Positions 9,175 to 18,923 of a stretch of DNA of 32,000 bases are shown here, piece after piece. Both the position numbers and the translations under genes were made by a program. Below the pieces are notes generated by a model. It had not been told where the DNA came from. It was given only the letters and a program-made list of their open reading frames with translations, and made no database searches. Numbering within the stretch: position 1 is the stretch's first letter; every line of letters starts with the position of its first letter. The stretch is from a virus, in IMG/VR virus record IMGVR_UViG_3300029584_000162, positions 20,779-52,778 of that record. One strand, written 5' to 3'.

Positions 9175-10914
9175 TTGCTTATGTTGGATTCCATCAAAGA
9201 TTGGTTTGTTGACCGGCTTCATAAGTACATGGATGCCGCACGGGAAATTGTGGAGAACAACGAGGGGATAAGGTCTGCGGAAACATACTACAGTACAGTC
9301 AAGGCAACACTGAAAAAGGAAGCCGCACTGCTCACTAAGACCTTCTGCATCGGCATGGGCGGAATTCTGGCGACCATGCTGTGCGGATGGCTCGCCGAAC
9401 TGCTCGGTCACGGTATCCTCAAGGTGATTAGCGCTGTGCTCGCACTCCTTTGTGTCTGCATTGTGGCCTTCATTTTGCTGGCGGTTATCGGTTTGTTGTT
9501 AATGCTCCGAACCTTCTTCTTTGCAAACCGAAGCATGGCGGACGAGTGGCAGAAAGTCGTATCGGATGAACAGTATGCGGATTATGTGGAGCAGAGCAAA
9601 TTCTTGACCATGACTCGCGACAAAAATCAGAGGACAAAATGCCTTATCTATCTGGCCGCCTACGTTGCGGCCTTCGTCCTGGTCGTCTCGTTGTGGAAGG
9701 CTCTCGGCGTCGTATCCTATGTGTTCTGCTACCTTGGCATTGTCCTGCTGATTCCGTACAGCGCCTATTATGTCTCCGTCCTGCTGAAAGCCCTGTTTGC
9801 GACCGGCAAGATGTACGAGTTCAAACCTGGCGTAAGCGGGAAGGCCGCGCAGCATATCCGTGAGGAGCGGCAACGCAGGCAGGAAGAGGCCAGATGCCGG
9901 GAAGCGGAGGCGAAGCAGGCCGAGGAAGCAGCGATTGCTGCGGAGCGAAGCGGCATCATCGCCCATGCGCGACAGTACATCGACACGTTGGAGCGGACGC
10001 ATCCGGAGTATTGCTGTGTCAGAGCACAGAAGAGAGCGGAAGTAAAAAGCTGGATAATGGAGAAGTGCAGGCTCAATATCCCAGATGCCTTCTGCGACGC
10101 TTACTCCGACCTTACGCTCGGTGAGTGTGTGCTTCTCGAAAAATCGAAAAACATCTTGCACTTGCGCAGCGAAATAGAAGCCAAGCATTTTCAACTCAAT
10201 AGTCAGCTTAATCTGATACTGGAAGGCGTGACTGGTCTCGCGGAAAGCGTGTGCTCGAACTACCGCAATCAAATCGCCAGCGCGGCGGCGGAAGCCGCTC
10301 GTGTGGAGCAGGAGCAGGAGGAGAGGGAGCGCAAAGCACGAGAACTGGGCGAAGCCGGTGAGAAGGAAGTGAATTACAAACTCAAGTGGTGGCTTGCAGA
10401 GCACAGCGCATACCGCAGCATCGCGGCAGACTGCGTGAGCAAGTACAGCGGAGGATGTATCCGTATTGCCGCGTGGGACTATATGAAAGAGCCGCAGGAA
10501 ATCGACCACCTTCTCGTAGGACCAGCCGGCGTCATTCATATTGAGACCAAAAACTACGTTGGAACCATCCGCGTCGATGACACGAACTATTGGGACCGGG
10601 ATATGCGAAATGCAGGGCATTTCACCACAACGGAAAGCCCAGCTTTCCAAGTTAAGCGTCACGCTGCCTTACTGTCGAAAATCGTTGGTGAGGATGTTCC
10701 GGTATGCGGCATCATCTGCCTTGCCAACCCAAATGTAAAATTGCAGGATGCGGACAACAGCGAAATCCCGGTCGTAAAACTCGGCGAGCTGCCGGAACTG
10801 CTGGACGCACTGGATAAATCCACCGCCAGCCCTCTGACTGCACAGAAGGTAACAGAAGTGATTGGAAAAATCGAAAAGGCCAAAGTGAGAGGGGTCCATC
10901 AAAATGACAAATAA
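9175..10914 (+). CDS. Membrane-anchored NERD (nuclease-related) domain protein
   Basis: N-terminal TM segments, coiled coil, C-terminal 'IRIAAWDYMKEPQEIDHLLVGPAGVIHIETKNYVGTIRVD' typical of NERD. Confidence 0.75.
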   Translation: MLMLDSIKDWFVDRLHKYMDAAREIVENNEGIRSAETYYSTVKATLKKEAALLTKTFCIGMGGILATMLCGWLAELLGHGILKVISAVLALLCVCIVAFILLAVIGLLLMLRTFFFANRSMADEWQKVVSDEQYADYVEQSKFLTMTRDKNQRTKCLIYLAAYVAAFVLVVSLWKALGVVSYVFCYLGIVLLIPYSAYYVSVLLKALFATGKMYEFKPGVSGKAAQHIREERQRRQEEARCREAEAKQAEEAAIAAERSGIIAHARQYIDTLERTHPEYCCVRAQKRAEVKSWIMEKCRLNIPDAFCDAYSDLTLGECVLLEKSKNILHLRSEIEAKHFQLNSQLNLILEGVTGLAESVCSNYRNQIASAAAEAARVEQEQEERERKARELGEAGEKEVNYKLKWWLAEHSAYRSIAADCVSKYSGGCIRIAAWDYMKEPQEIDHLLVGPAGVIHIETKNYVGTIRVDDTNYWDRDMRNAGHFTTTESPAFQVKRHAALLSKIVGEDVPVCGIICLANPNVKLQDADNSEIPVVKLGELPELLDALDKSTASPLTAQKVTEVIGKIEKAKVRGVHQNDK

Positions 10915-11308
10915 AATCCCTGAACCAACCTGTACCAAACGGGCGTCCATTCACCCAGGTATGCCAGTAGATATCGTACTCAAAGCAGACCAGCCGACAG
11001 GTAAACTCACACGCGGCGTCGTGAAGCGGATTCTCACCAACAGTCCAACACATCCACGCGGTATTAAGGTCATGCTGGAGGATGGGCAAGTCGGACGGGT
11101 CCAGCGCTTTGCCGGTCCGCAGGAATGCCGCAAGTGTAAAAACCGCATCGTTCTCCACGCTTTCTCAGACGGCTTTTGTCAGGTCTGCGGCAGGCATATC
11201 ACCTGCGCTGATACTCCGGCTGATGTCCTCTGTGGATACTGCGCTACCATGTCGAACCGTTGTGTGCATTGCGGAGCAGCCTTAGAGCCGGAAGACTCTA
11301 TTGAGTGA
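10904..11308 (+). CDS. YwbE-like (DUF2196) domain fused to C-terminal zinc ribbons
   Basis: 'IHPGMPVDIVLKADQPTGKLTRGVVKRILTNSPTHPRGIKVMLEDGQVGRVQ' is YwbE-like; followed by CxxC pairs. Confidence 0.75.
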   Translation: MTNKIPEPTCTKRASIHPGMPVDIVLKADQPTGKLTRGVVKRILTNSPTHPRGIKVMLEDGQVGRVQRFAGPQECRKCKNRIVLHAFSDGFCQVCGRHITCADTPADVLCGYCATMSNRCVHCGAALEPEDSIE

Positions 11309-11349
11309 GACGTGCAAAAGGCCGCACATGATTGAAGTTATATAGTTTG

Positions 11350-11390
11350 GGCAGACAGGTGGGACGTGTTCAGCGTCTCACCTGTCTGCC
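11350..11390 (+). terminator. Strong hairpin (terminator-like, no clear U-tract)
   Basis: GGCAGACAGGTGGGACG...CGTCTCACCTGTCTGCC. Confidence 0.45.
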
Positions 11391-11401
11391 TCTACGCTAA
11401 A

Positions 11402-11429
11402 TTGACTCGTGAGATTTAAGTGGTATAAT
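11402..11429 (+). promoter_or_regulatory. Promoter TTGACT-16 bp-TATAAT immediately left of the TnpB element
   Basis: ttgact 11402-11407, tataat 11424-11429. Confidence 0.5.
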
Positions 11430-11515
11430 ATATTTATCAGGGTTCGCCGTAAAACCCCTGCCTTTAGGTATGGGGATATAAGGCGCTCCACATTGCATCG
11501 AAAGTGTGGTTTTCA

Positions 11516-11544
11516 TTGAAAAATCTCCAAAAATGTGGTATAAT
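11516..11544 (+). promoter_or_regulatory. tnpB promoter TTGAAA-17 bp-TATAAT (TGTGG before -10)
   Basis: ttgaaa 11516-11521, tataat 11539-11544. Confidence 0.6.
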
Positions 11545-11567
11545 TAAAGATGAAGAGCGGTGATTTC

Positions 11568-12689
11568 ATGGAGTATAGTTACAGATTCCGCATCTACCCC
11601 ACGAGGGAGCAGACAGTTCAGATGCAGCGAACTTTTGGATGCTGCCGCTTTGTCTACAACTACTATCTCTCCAAGCGTATCGACGCCTACAAGACGGACA
11701 AGACGACACTTGGCTACAAAGCCTGCTCCGCTGATATGACAGCCTTGAAGAAGCAACTTCTCTGGCTTTGCGAGGTGGATGCTACTGCGCTGCAATCGTC
11801 CCTGCGTGACTTGGATACCGCCTACCAGAACTTCTTCCGCCGTGTGAAGCACGGTGAGAAGCCGGGATTTCCATGCTTCAAGAGCAAGCGCCAGCACCGC
11901 CGCAGCTATAAAAGCAAATGCGTCGGCACCAATATCAAGGTGCTGGACGGTGCGATGCAGCTCCCGAAGCTCGGCAATGTCAAGTGCCGCGTCAGCCGCA
12001 AGGTGGAGGGCCGAGTGCTCTCTGCTACTGTGTCACAGGAAGCCAGCGGCAAATACTATGTTTCCCTTTGCTGTACCGACGTGGACATCAAGTCGCTGCC
12101 AAAGACCGGAGCCGCTGTCGGCATAGACCTCGGCATCAAGGACTTGGCTATCACATCGGATGGCGTGAAGTACGACAACCTCCATAGCTACCGCCGCAAT
12201 CTCAAGAAGCTGGCCCGCCTCCAACGGCAGCTCTCCCGAAAATCAAAGGGGAGCTGCAACCGTGAGAAAGCTCGCGTTAAAATTGCGCGGTTACATGAGC
12301 ATATTGCTAACCAACGGAATGACGCCATCCATAAGATGACGACGCAGCTTGTGCGGAGCAATGACATCATCTGCATAGAGGACTTGTCCTCCAAAAACAT
12401 GATGAAGAACCACAAGCTCGCGCTCCATGTTGCGGACGCCGCATGGGGCGAAATCCGCAGGCAGCTTGCCTACAAGGCTGACTGGTATGGCAAGGAACTC
12501 GTCATCATCGGCAGGTTCTTCCCATCCAGCCAGACTTGCGGCTGTTGCGGATATCAAAACAAAGAGGTCAAAGACCTCGGTATCCGGTTTTGGACCTGTC
12601 CGCAGTGCGGCGCGTTCCATGACCGCGACATCAACGCGGCGCAGAACATCCTGGAAGAGGGGCTTCGCAAGCGGTCGTCCGCAGCCTGA
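11568..12689 (+). CDS. tnpB: TnpB RNA-guided nuclease (IS605 OrfB), catalytic residues apparently intact
   Basis: RuvC-I '[12 protein letters not shown]', RuvC-II 'IICIEDLS', zinc finger CGCCG...CPQCG, RuvC-III '[11 protein letters not shown]'. Confidence 0.93.
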   Translation: MEYSYRFRIYPTREQTVQMQRTFGCCRFVYNYYLSKRIDAYKTDKTTLGYKACSADMTALKKQLLWLCEVDATALQSSLRDLDTAYQNFFRRVKHGEKPGFPCFKSKRQHRRSYKSKCVGTNIKVLDGAMQLPKLGNVKCRVSRKVEGRVLSATVSQEASGKYYVSLCCTDVDIKSLPKTGAAVGIDLGIKDLAITSDGVKYDNLHSYRRNLKKLARLQRQLSRKSKGSCNREKARVKIARLHEHIANQRNDAIHKMTTQLVRSNDIICIEDLSSKNMMKNHKLALHVADAAWGEIRRQLAYKADWYGKELVIIGRFFPSSQTCGCCGYQNKEVKDLGIRFWTCPQCGAFHDRDINAAQNILEEGLRKRSSAA

Positions 12690-12821
12690 TAGACTTTTTG
12701 CTCATGGTAGGGCGGGACACGCCCGAACCGATACGCCTGGGGAGACCATGTAAGACCTCGCTCGTGCAGGCTGCGGTCGTTGAACCAGGAATCCCCCGGC
12801 TTTAGCCGTGGGGAGTGTCAA
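12690..12821 (+). ncRNA. Putative TnpB right-end reRNA/omega-RNA scaffold
   Basis: Structured GC-rich sequence downstream of the tnpB stop, ending in the conserved right-end hairpin and GTGTCAA; guide would start at 12822. Confidence 0.55.
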
Positions 12822-12923
12822 TATTTCGAGTGAGGGAGCCTATTCCGTCATTGAGTGCTCAGACGGAGAAATTGTCATAAGCAAAGTGGCTGATTAACTT
12901 TCCTTGAAGAGGAGGACGATACT

Positions 12924-13367
12924 ATGCAGGACAAACTCTGGCTCTCTACCATTAGTGTCGGGCGCGAACTCGTGCTCATGCCGTATGGCAATTTTGCAAG
13001 GACCGCTGGCGGCAGAACGCCAATCACAAGAACCGTTACAAAAGTCGGCAAGAAGTATTTCTACCTCGGCAACGATGCCTTCAGCCGCAAGACTGGTGAA
13101 TACATCGACCGGAATGAATGCAATGGCGGCTATGTGCTCTATCCGGATATTGCAGCCTATGAGAAAGCGGTTCGCACCGCAGACGAGCGCTCTGCCATCA
13201 AGAAAATCGTTGATGCTGATTTTTACGGATACGACCCATTCAGTTGCTGGCGAACATACACTGTCTCGGATGCGGCTGTCCATGAGATATACCGCATTCT
13301 GGTTGAGTGCGGTGCTATCAAAACCAGTACGGAGGAGGGAAAGCCTGATGGCAAAAGCGCAGAATAG
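12924..13367 (+). CDS. Hypothetical protein
   Basis: 147-aa ORF, RBS agaggagg upstream. Confidence 0.55.
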   Translation: MQDKLWLSTISVGRELVLMPYGNFARTAGGRTPITRTVTKVGKKYFYLGNDAFSRKTGEYIDRNECNGGYVLYPDIAAYEKAVRTADERSAIKKIVDADFYGYDPFSCWRTYTVSDAAVHEIYRILVECGAIKTSTEEGKPDGKSAE

Positions 13368-13560
13368 TCTTCCTCCGGAGGAGACACGATACCCTGGTGT
13401 GTCCATCACCGCACGGGACGGAGCACACTATGCCATCACACAGAGGCGTGACGATGGCCATACACCAACCTTCACGCTCTGGAGCGTTAGCGAGGACGGC
13501 GGCTACGCCAAACTCAAAAGCAGCACAGACTACGACGCCTTGGGTAGTCTGATTTTCTGA
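13348..13560 (+). CDS. Small hypothetical protein
   Basis: 70-aa ORF overlapping the preceding stop, with ggaggag upstream. Confidence 0.5.
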   Translation: MAKAQNSLPPEETRYPGVSITARDGAHYAITQRRDDGHTPTFTLWSVSEDGGYAKLKSSTDYDALGSLIF

Positions 13561-13580
13561 AGCACAGGGAGGGACCGACC

Positions 13581-15812
13581 ATGCAGGAACCTATTTACAA
13601 CAACGGCACCGTAAAGGTGGCGAAGGAGGGCGTGAGCGCCTATTTGGCGTGGTATCGCACCCTCTCCATGGCTGACGCAAAAGAGATTTCCGACGTCTGT
13701 TCAAGACTGACGAAAGAGGCGGCAAAGAACGCGGGCGTTGACCTCTACGATATTGGCCGCAACACCTTCAGCTTTTTCGGCCATCAGACGGAAGAGAATT
13801 GGGAGAAGCATAGAGCATCGGTTTCCGAAAAAATGCTTCAGTTCTTCCACTTCGCGGAGGAGTTTGAACAGCCTATCCGCGCAGCTCTCTGGTCGAAGGA
13901 AGCAGCGTTTTTATACATCGGCAATCCGCAGAAGGGCATCATTGTCATGGAGCCTGAGAAGTACATGACCTATACGCCGGACAGAGACTACTCCGACCTG
14001 ACGCCTGCACAGGCGATGGCGGAGCTTGGCTCGGCGGCCGTCTGCGATATGAGCATCATTCCGGTGGGTGCGGGAACCGCGCTGTCTCAGAAAACGGTCA
14101 AGGAACAGCTTAGCACTCACCAGACCGAAATTGAGAAGCTGAAAAGTGAGATGAAGGATGTCGAAGGCGCAAAGACCGGCGAACTTGCAGAACTGACAGC
14201 GCAAATTGAGGCCCTCAAGCAGGAGCTTTGGCAGAAGAAAGATAAGCTCATGGCGGAACTGAACCGCAAAATGGAGGAGATGGAAGAGAAAAAGGAACAG
14301 CTGGAGGGACAAATCTACCTGCTGGACTCCCAAATCTATGCCATCCGCTGTTATGCCGGAGAAGTCGTCAATTTCACCCGCATCCGCTCCGGCAAGAACG
14401 CGCCGGACACGGAGCCTATCGTCGTGCATCAGAAACTTCGCTTCCTCGACGAGGATTTAGGGAGGCTCGCGTCCCTGTATGAAATTCAGTGGAATGAGCT
14501 GGATATGTTTGAGAGCTTCCTCAAGCACTCTCCATACGCGCTGGACACCTTCGCACCGAACGAACGCTGCATCATGCTCGTGCGCCTCAGCCGCACCGGA
14601 AAATCCATCGGACGCGCGATGGACAATGAGGGCAGACCGTACCACAATATGCTCGACCGCTACGACTACTATCACGGCAAGACCGTTGGCATCATCATCC
14701 GAAACGGCGAAAACCTCTACCTTGGCTGGACGGATGAAAACCGCGTCCACATCAGTGACGACCTGATTCTCACCAGAGCGCAGGTCGTTACAGAGACTGT
14801 GCCGGAGGAACCGAAGAAATTCGTCTTTGAGTCAGAGCGTAGACAGTATGTGAAAGAGCAGAGAGAACAGCGCAAGCGAATTCTGGACGGCCTTGTATCC
14901 CGCACCTTCGTCTACAACATCCTGCAAGGCGTCGTGGACCACTCCGCACTGCTCCCGCTGCCGAAGGGCGTTACGCTTGCCAAACAGTCGGAGTATGTCA
15001 TCTTCTCCGTTGCGGATAAGTGGATTTCAGACAATAAGTACGGCTCCTTTACGGATATCATCGCACGCTGCAATCAGAAGGTTCAGCAGGGCGACGTACT
15101 GCTCACGACCCAGCATCTTGTCCCTGAAACGGACAGACCCGCTTTCTATCCACGGGCATGGGAGAATGTGCGTGGACGCGGCGAGCGCAATCGCACACAT
15201 GACTGCTCTGTGGATGATTGTACGCTATATAAAGCGAATCTGGTCGAATATGACCCGCCGATTGAGATGGTGGAATTCCAGCGCCGTTCCTGCCAGGGCT
15301 GGATGGATGGTCCCTTCAAGGCGAAAGCGAAGTATTTCGACGAAAAAGAAGGGGACATCATTCTCCGGCACTATCAGACAGAGCCGGAGCGCCATGTGTT
15401 CGTGTCCGCTGAAAAGAGCGGCGAATGGAATTGGAACCGTACAAGCGCCGCAAATGCCCGTGCGAACTTCGAGCTATACGATGGCGAGTATATCAACCTG
15501 ACTTACCTCAATTCGGTCTGGCTGGAATATGTGGTCACAAACAAGTCTCTCGGCGACTGGCGCATCGGCGGCATTGCCGTGGACTATGCCTACGCCATCC
15601 GCTATCTCAAGACAGCATTGGATTTCATCCGAAAAAGGGAAGCGAAGGAAAAAATGCTTCTGGACGCCGTGGACACCAGTATCTGCCAGGACGCGGAATG
15701 GCCGGTAAAGCTGTCCGAGTGGAAGTTACGCGCCGGTGTCCGAACCATTACGGAATACCAGGCCAAACGCTTCGCGACGGCGCTTGGAAAGGAGGCGCAG
15801 GCCCATGGTTAA
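13581..15812 (+). CDS. Large hypothetical protein with central coiled coil
   Basis: 743-aa uninterrupted ORF, RBS agggaggg; heptad-rich 'TEIEKLKSEMKDVEG...MEEMEEKKEQLEG'. Confidence 0.7.
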   Translation: MQEPIYNNGTVKVAKEGVSAYLAWYRTLSMADAKEISDVCSRLTKEAAKNAGVDLYDIGRNTFSFFGHQTEENWEKHRASVSEKMLQFFHFAEEFEQPIRAALWSKEAAFLYIGNPQKGIIVMEPEKYMTYTPDRDYSDLTPAQAMAELGSAAVCDMSIIPVGAGTALSQKTVKEQLSTHQTEIEKLKSEMKDVEGAKTGELAELTAQIEALKQELWQKKDKLMAELNRKMEEMEEKKEQLEGQIYLLDSQIYAIRCYAGEVVNFTRIRSGKNAPDTEPIVVHQKLRFLDEDLGRLASLYEIQWNELDMFESFLKHSPYALDTFAPNERCIMLVRLSRTGKSIGRAMDNEGRPYHNMLDRYDYYHGKTVGIIIRNGENLYLGWTDENRVHISDDLILTRAQVVTETVPEEPKKFVFESERRQYVKEQREQRKRILDGLVSRTFVYNILQGVVDHSALLPLPKGVTLAKQSEYVIFSVADKWISDNKYGSFTDIIARCNQKVQQGDVLLTTQHLVPETDRPAFYPRAWENVRGRGERNRTHDCSVDDCTLYKANLVEYDPPIEMVEFQRRSCQGWMDGPFKAKAKYFDEKEGDIILRHYQTEPERHVFVSAEKSGEWNWNRTSAANARANFELYDGEYINLTYLNSVWLEYVVTNKSLGDWRIGGIAVDYAYAIRYLKTALDFIRKREAKEKMLLDAVDTSICQDAEWPVKLSEWKLRAGVRTITEYQAKRFATALGKEAQAHG

Positions 15813-16002
15813 TTCTCCTTGTCTCGACTGCCCAGACCGCACTCCCGGATGCCATAAGCCGGAGGCTTGTTCTGCATGGGCGGAGTTTCAGAAGGCGCTG
15901 ACGGCGGAAAAGAATATGATTGACGAGGCTCAGAAACCGCTTAAAGCATTCGACGAATACCAAATTGCACGACGCAAGCGGCATCATCATTCGCAGCGGT
16001 AA
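15805..16002 (+). CDS. Small Cys-rich protein
   Basis: 'CLDCPDRTPGCHKPEAC'; ATG 15805 after ggaggcgcaggccc, overlaps the upstream stop. Confidence 0.6.
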   Translation: MVNSPCLDCPDRTPGCHKPEACSAWAEFQKALTAEKNMIDEAQKPLKAFDEYQIARRKRHHHSQR

Positions 16003-16131
16003 CTATTTGCACACAAAATTCTATGTGATATACTGTGTTTGAAAACCCAAAGCTACCAGCCTGTCACAGACGACAATATGTACGCAGAGCCTGTCAGCGG
16101 CTATATTGAGAAGCAGTAGACGTCAGCCAGC

Positions 16132-16170
16132 AAGCCAAGCGCTCCTTGTCTTGGGGCGCTTAGCTTTTCT
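16132..16170 (+). terminator. Intrinsic terminator-like hairpin
   Basis: AAGCCAAGCGCTCC-TTGTCTT-GGGGCGCTTAGCTTTT. Confidence 0.55.
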
Positions 16171-16178
16171 GAAACGAA

Positions 16179-16207
16179 TTGACAATCAAGCTAATGTGTG
16201 GTATAAT
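16179..16207 (+). promoter_or_regulatory. Promoter TTGACA-17 bp-TATAAT upstream of the helicase gene
   Basis: ttgaca 16179-16184, atcaagctaatgtgtgg, tataat 16202-16207. Confidence 0.8.
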
Positions 16208-16237
16208 GTAAATATAAAAGTTCGGGGGTGCGCTGCA

Positions 16238-18106
16238 TTGGATTACCACACTTTTTGCCAAAAATTCAATATTTGCGGACTCAACGAACAGCAGGAAGCC
16301 GCTGTCCGGCGCGTGAATGGAGCAACGCTGCTCCTTGCTGTGCCGGGAAGCGGAAAAACTACGGTCATCGTAGCGAGAACCGGCTATCTCATGTATGTCG
16401 CAGGCGTAAAGCCGGAGAATATCCTGACCATCACTTATACCCGCGCTGCGGCAAAGGAAATGAAGGAGCGTTTCATAAAGAAGTTTGCCCCGGAACGGAT
16501 ACCGGCATTCTCCACTATCAACAGCTTCTGCCTGTCCGTCATCAATACCTGTGCGAAAGAGAAGTACATTCATGTACCAAAGCTGGTGCCGAACAACGAG
16601 AGCATCGTCCGTGCTATTGCGGCTAAGATGCTTCCGGAGTATCCCAGTGATTCACAGGTGCGGTCTCTCGCGCAGAAGGTGTGCAAAGTAAAAAACAAGC
16701 TCATGACCTTTCAGGAAATTGAGACCATCGAAGAAAACAGCCTTGATTTTTCTGCTTTTTACCAGGCGTACAAGCTCTACATGAGCGAGCATGATTTGAT
16801 GGATTTTGATGACCAGCTTCTCATGGCAAATGATTTGCTGGATGAATACCCGGACATCTTACAGCGGGCGCATGAGAAGTTCCGCTATGTGAGTGTGGAC
16901 GAGGCGCAGGACACCTCGTATGTCCAGCACCTTATCGTCCAGAAGCTGGTTGGGCGGAATGGCAATATCTTCATGGTCGGAGACGAAGACCAGAGCATCT
17001 ACGGCTTCCGAGGCGCGTATCCTGCCGCACTGCTGGACTTCCAGAGCAACTATAACGAACCCTGTATCCTGCGTATGGAGACCAATTACCGCAGCGACAG
17101 GAACATCGTCTCAGCGGCCAATCAGTTCATCAAACTGAATACGAGACGACTCGACAAGAATATGCGTGCCCAGTCCCAAAAGGACGGAGCCATCGTCGTG
17201 ACCTGCATCGACCGCATGGAACAGCAGGCGGAGCTTCTGCTGGAGCGCATCCGGAATCAGAAGCCGGATGAATCCCTGGCAATTCTGTATCGGAATAACG
17301 ACTCTGCCATCCCTCTTATCAATCTGCTCCAGATGAACGGCATTCAGGTTCAAACCAGAGATGCGACGGGGACCTTCATGACGAACTACGTCATTCGGGA
17401 CCTGCTCGACTTTATGCTTCTGGCCCTGAACCCTGCTGACACCACCGCTTTTGGGCATCTGTACTACAAAATGGGCCTTTACATGAAGGGCGTCACCGCC
17501 AAGCGCATTATCGAGGCGGTTGAAGAAGGGGAGTGCCGGAACGTATTCAGCGCCGCGATGAAATTTGCAGGCGGCAAGGGATACGCATGGAAAATAGAAT
17601 GCCTGCCGAGGGACTTTTCCGACCTTGCGAAGAAGAAGCCTGCTGAGGCTATCGACTACATTCTGTTCATGCTCGACTATTGGAGCAACTGGCTGACGAA
17701 GAAAATTGACGCCGGTGCTTCCGAGCAGTTTATCAGTCTGCGTATCAGCATTTTGAAAATGGTAGCGGAGAAGTATTCGACCATTCCGGACTTCCTCGCC
17801 GCACTCAAAAACATCACGGAATATAAGGGCTGCGAGGATTCCAATGTGACCGTTACCACCATCCATTCCAGTAAAGGTCTGGAGTTCGATAAGGTCATCT
17901 TAATCGACATGGTATCTGGCATCATTCCCGGTGACAGCGATGACCGCGACGCGGAGGATGACGAAGAGGATGCGCGAGCGTTCTACGTCGGAGCGACGCG
18001 GGCACGGCATGAGCTGGAAATCATCACCTGCCGGAAGATGTACCAAGAAAAGCTGGAAGTATCTGAATTTGTGCCGCGCCTGCTGGCGGCGGGGAAAGGA
18101 GACTGA
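16238..18106 (+). CDS. UvrD/PcrA/Rep-like superfamily 1 helicase
   Basis: Walker A 'VPGSGKTT', 'VDEAQDTS', 'GDEDQSIYGFRGA', 'TIHSSKGLEF', 'YVGATRARHEL'; TTG start 16238 after gggggtg. Confidence 0.9.
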   Translation: MDYHTFCQKFNICGLNEQQEAAVRRVNGATLLLAVPGSGKTTVIVARTGYLMYVAGVKPENILTITYTRAAAKEMKERFIKKFAPERIPAFSTINSFCLSVINTCAKEKYIHVPKLVPNNESIVRAIAAKMLPEYPSDSQVRSLAQKVCKVKNKLMTFQEIETIEENSLDFSAFYQAYKLYMSEHDLMDFDDQLLMANDLLDEYPDILQRAHEKFRYVSVDEAQDTSYVQHLIVQKLVGRNGNIFMVGDEDQSIYGFRGAYPAALLDFQSNYNEPCILRMETNYRSDRNIVSAANQFIKLNTRRLDKNMRAQSQKDGAIVVTCIDRMEQQAELLLERIRNQKPDESLAILYRNNDSAIPLINLLQMNGIQVQTRDATGTFMTNYVIRDLLDFMLLALNPADTTAFGHLYYKMGLYMKGVTAKRIIEAVEEGECRNVFSAAMKFAGGKGYAWKIECLPRDFSDLAKKKPAEAIDYILFMLDYWSNWLTKKIDAGASEQFISLRISILKMVAEKYSTIPDFLAALKNITEYKGCEDSNVTVTTIHSSKGLEFDKVILIDMVSGIIPGDSDDRDAEDDEEDARAFYVGATRARHELEIITCRKMYQEKLEVSEFVPRLLAAGKGD

Positions 18107-18108
18107 AA

Positions 18109-18480
18109 ATGCCGGATGCAAAGAGCAGCACGGTCGTAGTGCAGCGCGGCGTCTACACGGTGGCCAGAAAAACTGTGGACACGGAGGGCAACACCATCCG
18201 GGAAACACCGCCGCAATGGCGGGAAGACATCACCGGCGGCTCTGTTATCGTCTGTCCCATCAATTCGGAGACAGACGAACCGCTGTGCGACGCGGAATTG
18301 TTTTCCGCCCTATCACAGGATGTGCTTCTCGACAGTCTCGGAAAGGCGCTGGGCTTCCACTGGCCGAACTTCGCCGCCATCTTTGAGAAGATGCGGGAAA
18401 GCGAGGTGGATTTCTGCCAGTTCTGCGGCGAGGACCTGCAAAAGTGTATGCTTTGCCCCTTCAATTCCTACAACAATTAG
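18109..18480 (+). CDS. Small hypothetical protein with C-terminal CxxC pairs
   Basis: 'CQFCGEDLQKCMLC' at the C-terminus; starts 2 nt after the helicase stop. Confidence 0.5.
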   Translation: MPDAKSSTVVVQRGVYTVARKTVDTEGNTIRETPPQWREDITGGSVIVCPINSETDEPLCDAELFSALSQDVLLDSLGKALGFHWPNFAAIFEKMRESEVDFCQFCGEDLQKCMLCPFNSYNN

Positions 18481-18488
18481 TCTGCACT

Positions 18489-18820
18489 CCCGCCGAATGG
18501 CGGGCGGGTGAGCCGGAAACTCCGACCCAGCCTCCTGTCATTTGGTGTGGCTTATGACCCGCAAGGGGAGTAAGCCTCGTCAATAAGCCTCAGCCGCAAG
18601 GCTACGATATGCCGGAATCCATAGGCACCGGCGGATGCTCCACAAGTCCGCCGCTCTGCGGGTGCGTATTAAACATCTCTGAGGGGAAGGAGAAGTGTGC
18701 GCACCATTAAACCCGGTATATCCTTGGCGATGTGGACCACAGTAACGCCGCGTGAGCGGTAAGTGCTGATTTACCAAATCTTTGGTTTTCTCAAGTAGGG
18801 GAATTCTCGTCTTTTTAATC
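18489..18820 (+). ncRNA. Omega-RNA/tracrRNA-like scaffold, copy A
   Basis: Gapless ~94% match (about 20 mismatches in 332 nt, hand count) to copy B; hairpin CCCGCC-GAAT-GGCGGG, anti-repeat CCTGTCATTTGGTGTGG at 18534-18550, hairpins CCC-GCAA-GGG and GCC-GCAA-GGC. Confidence 0.75.
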
Positions 18821-18893
18821 GTTGATGTGCCACAGCAAATGACAGGGAGTATCATCTGGCCCGCAGGATTGACGTCCCACACCAAATGACAGG
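18821..18893 (+). repeat. Two scaffold-proximal repeats (copy A, starts 47 bp apart)
   Basis: GTTGATGTGCCACAGCAAATGACAGG (18821-18846) and ATTGACGTCCCACACCAAATGACAGG (18868-18893). Confidence 0.8.
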
Positions 18894-18923
18894 AATCGGT
18901 AAATTTTTCAGGAGGAATGAACA

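Larger units (their letters stand above)
11435..12821 (+). mobile_element. IS605/IS1341-type element encoding only TnpB (no TnpA)
   Basis: Left-end hairpin AAAACCCCTGCCTTTAGGTATGGGG; right end GAATCCCCCGGCTTTAGCCGTGGGGAGTGTCAA; tnpB between. Left boundary approximate. Confidence 0.7.

Noticed and set aside
14893-15501. 202-aa + strand ORF in an alternate frame
   Set aside because: Out-of-frame overlap inside the 743-aa ORF, which has a better start, RBS and composition.
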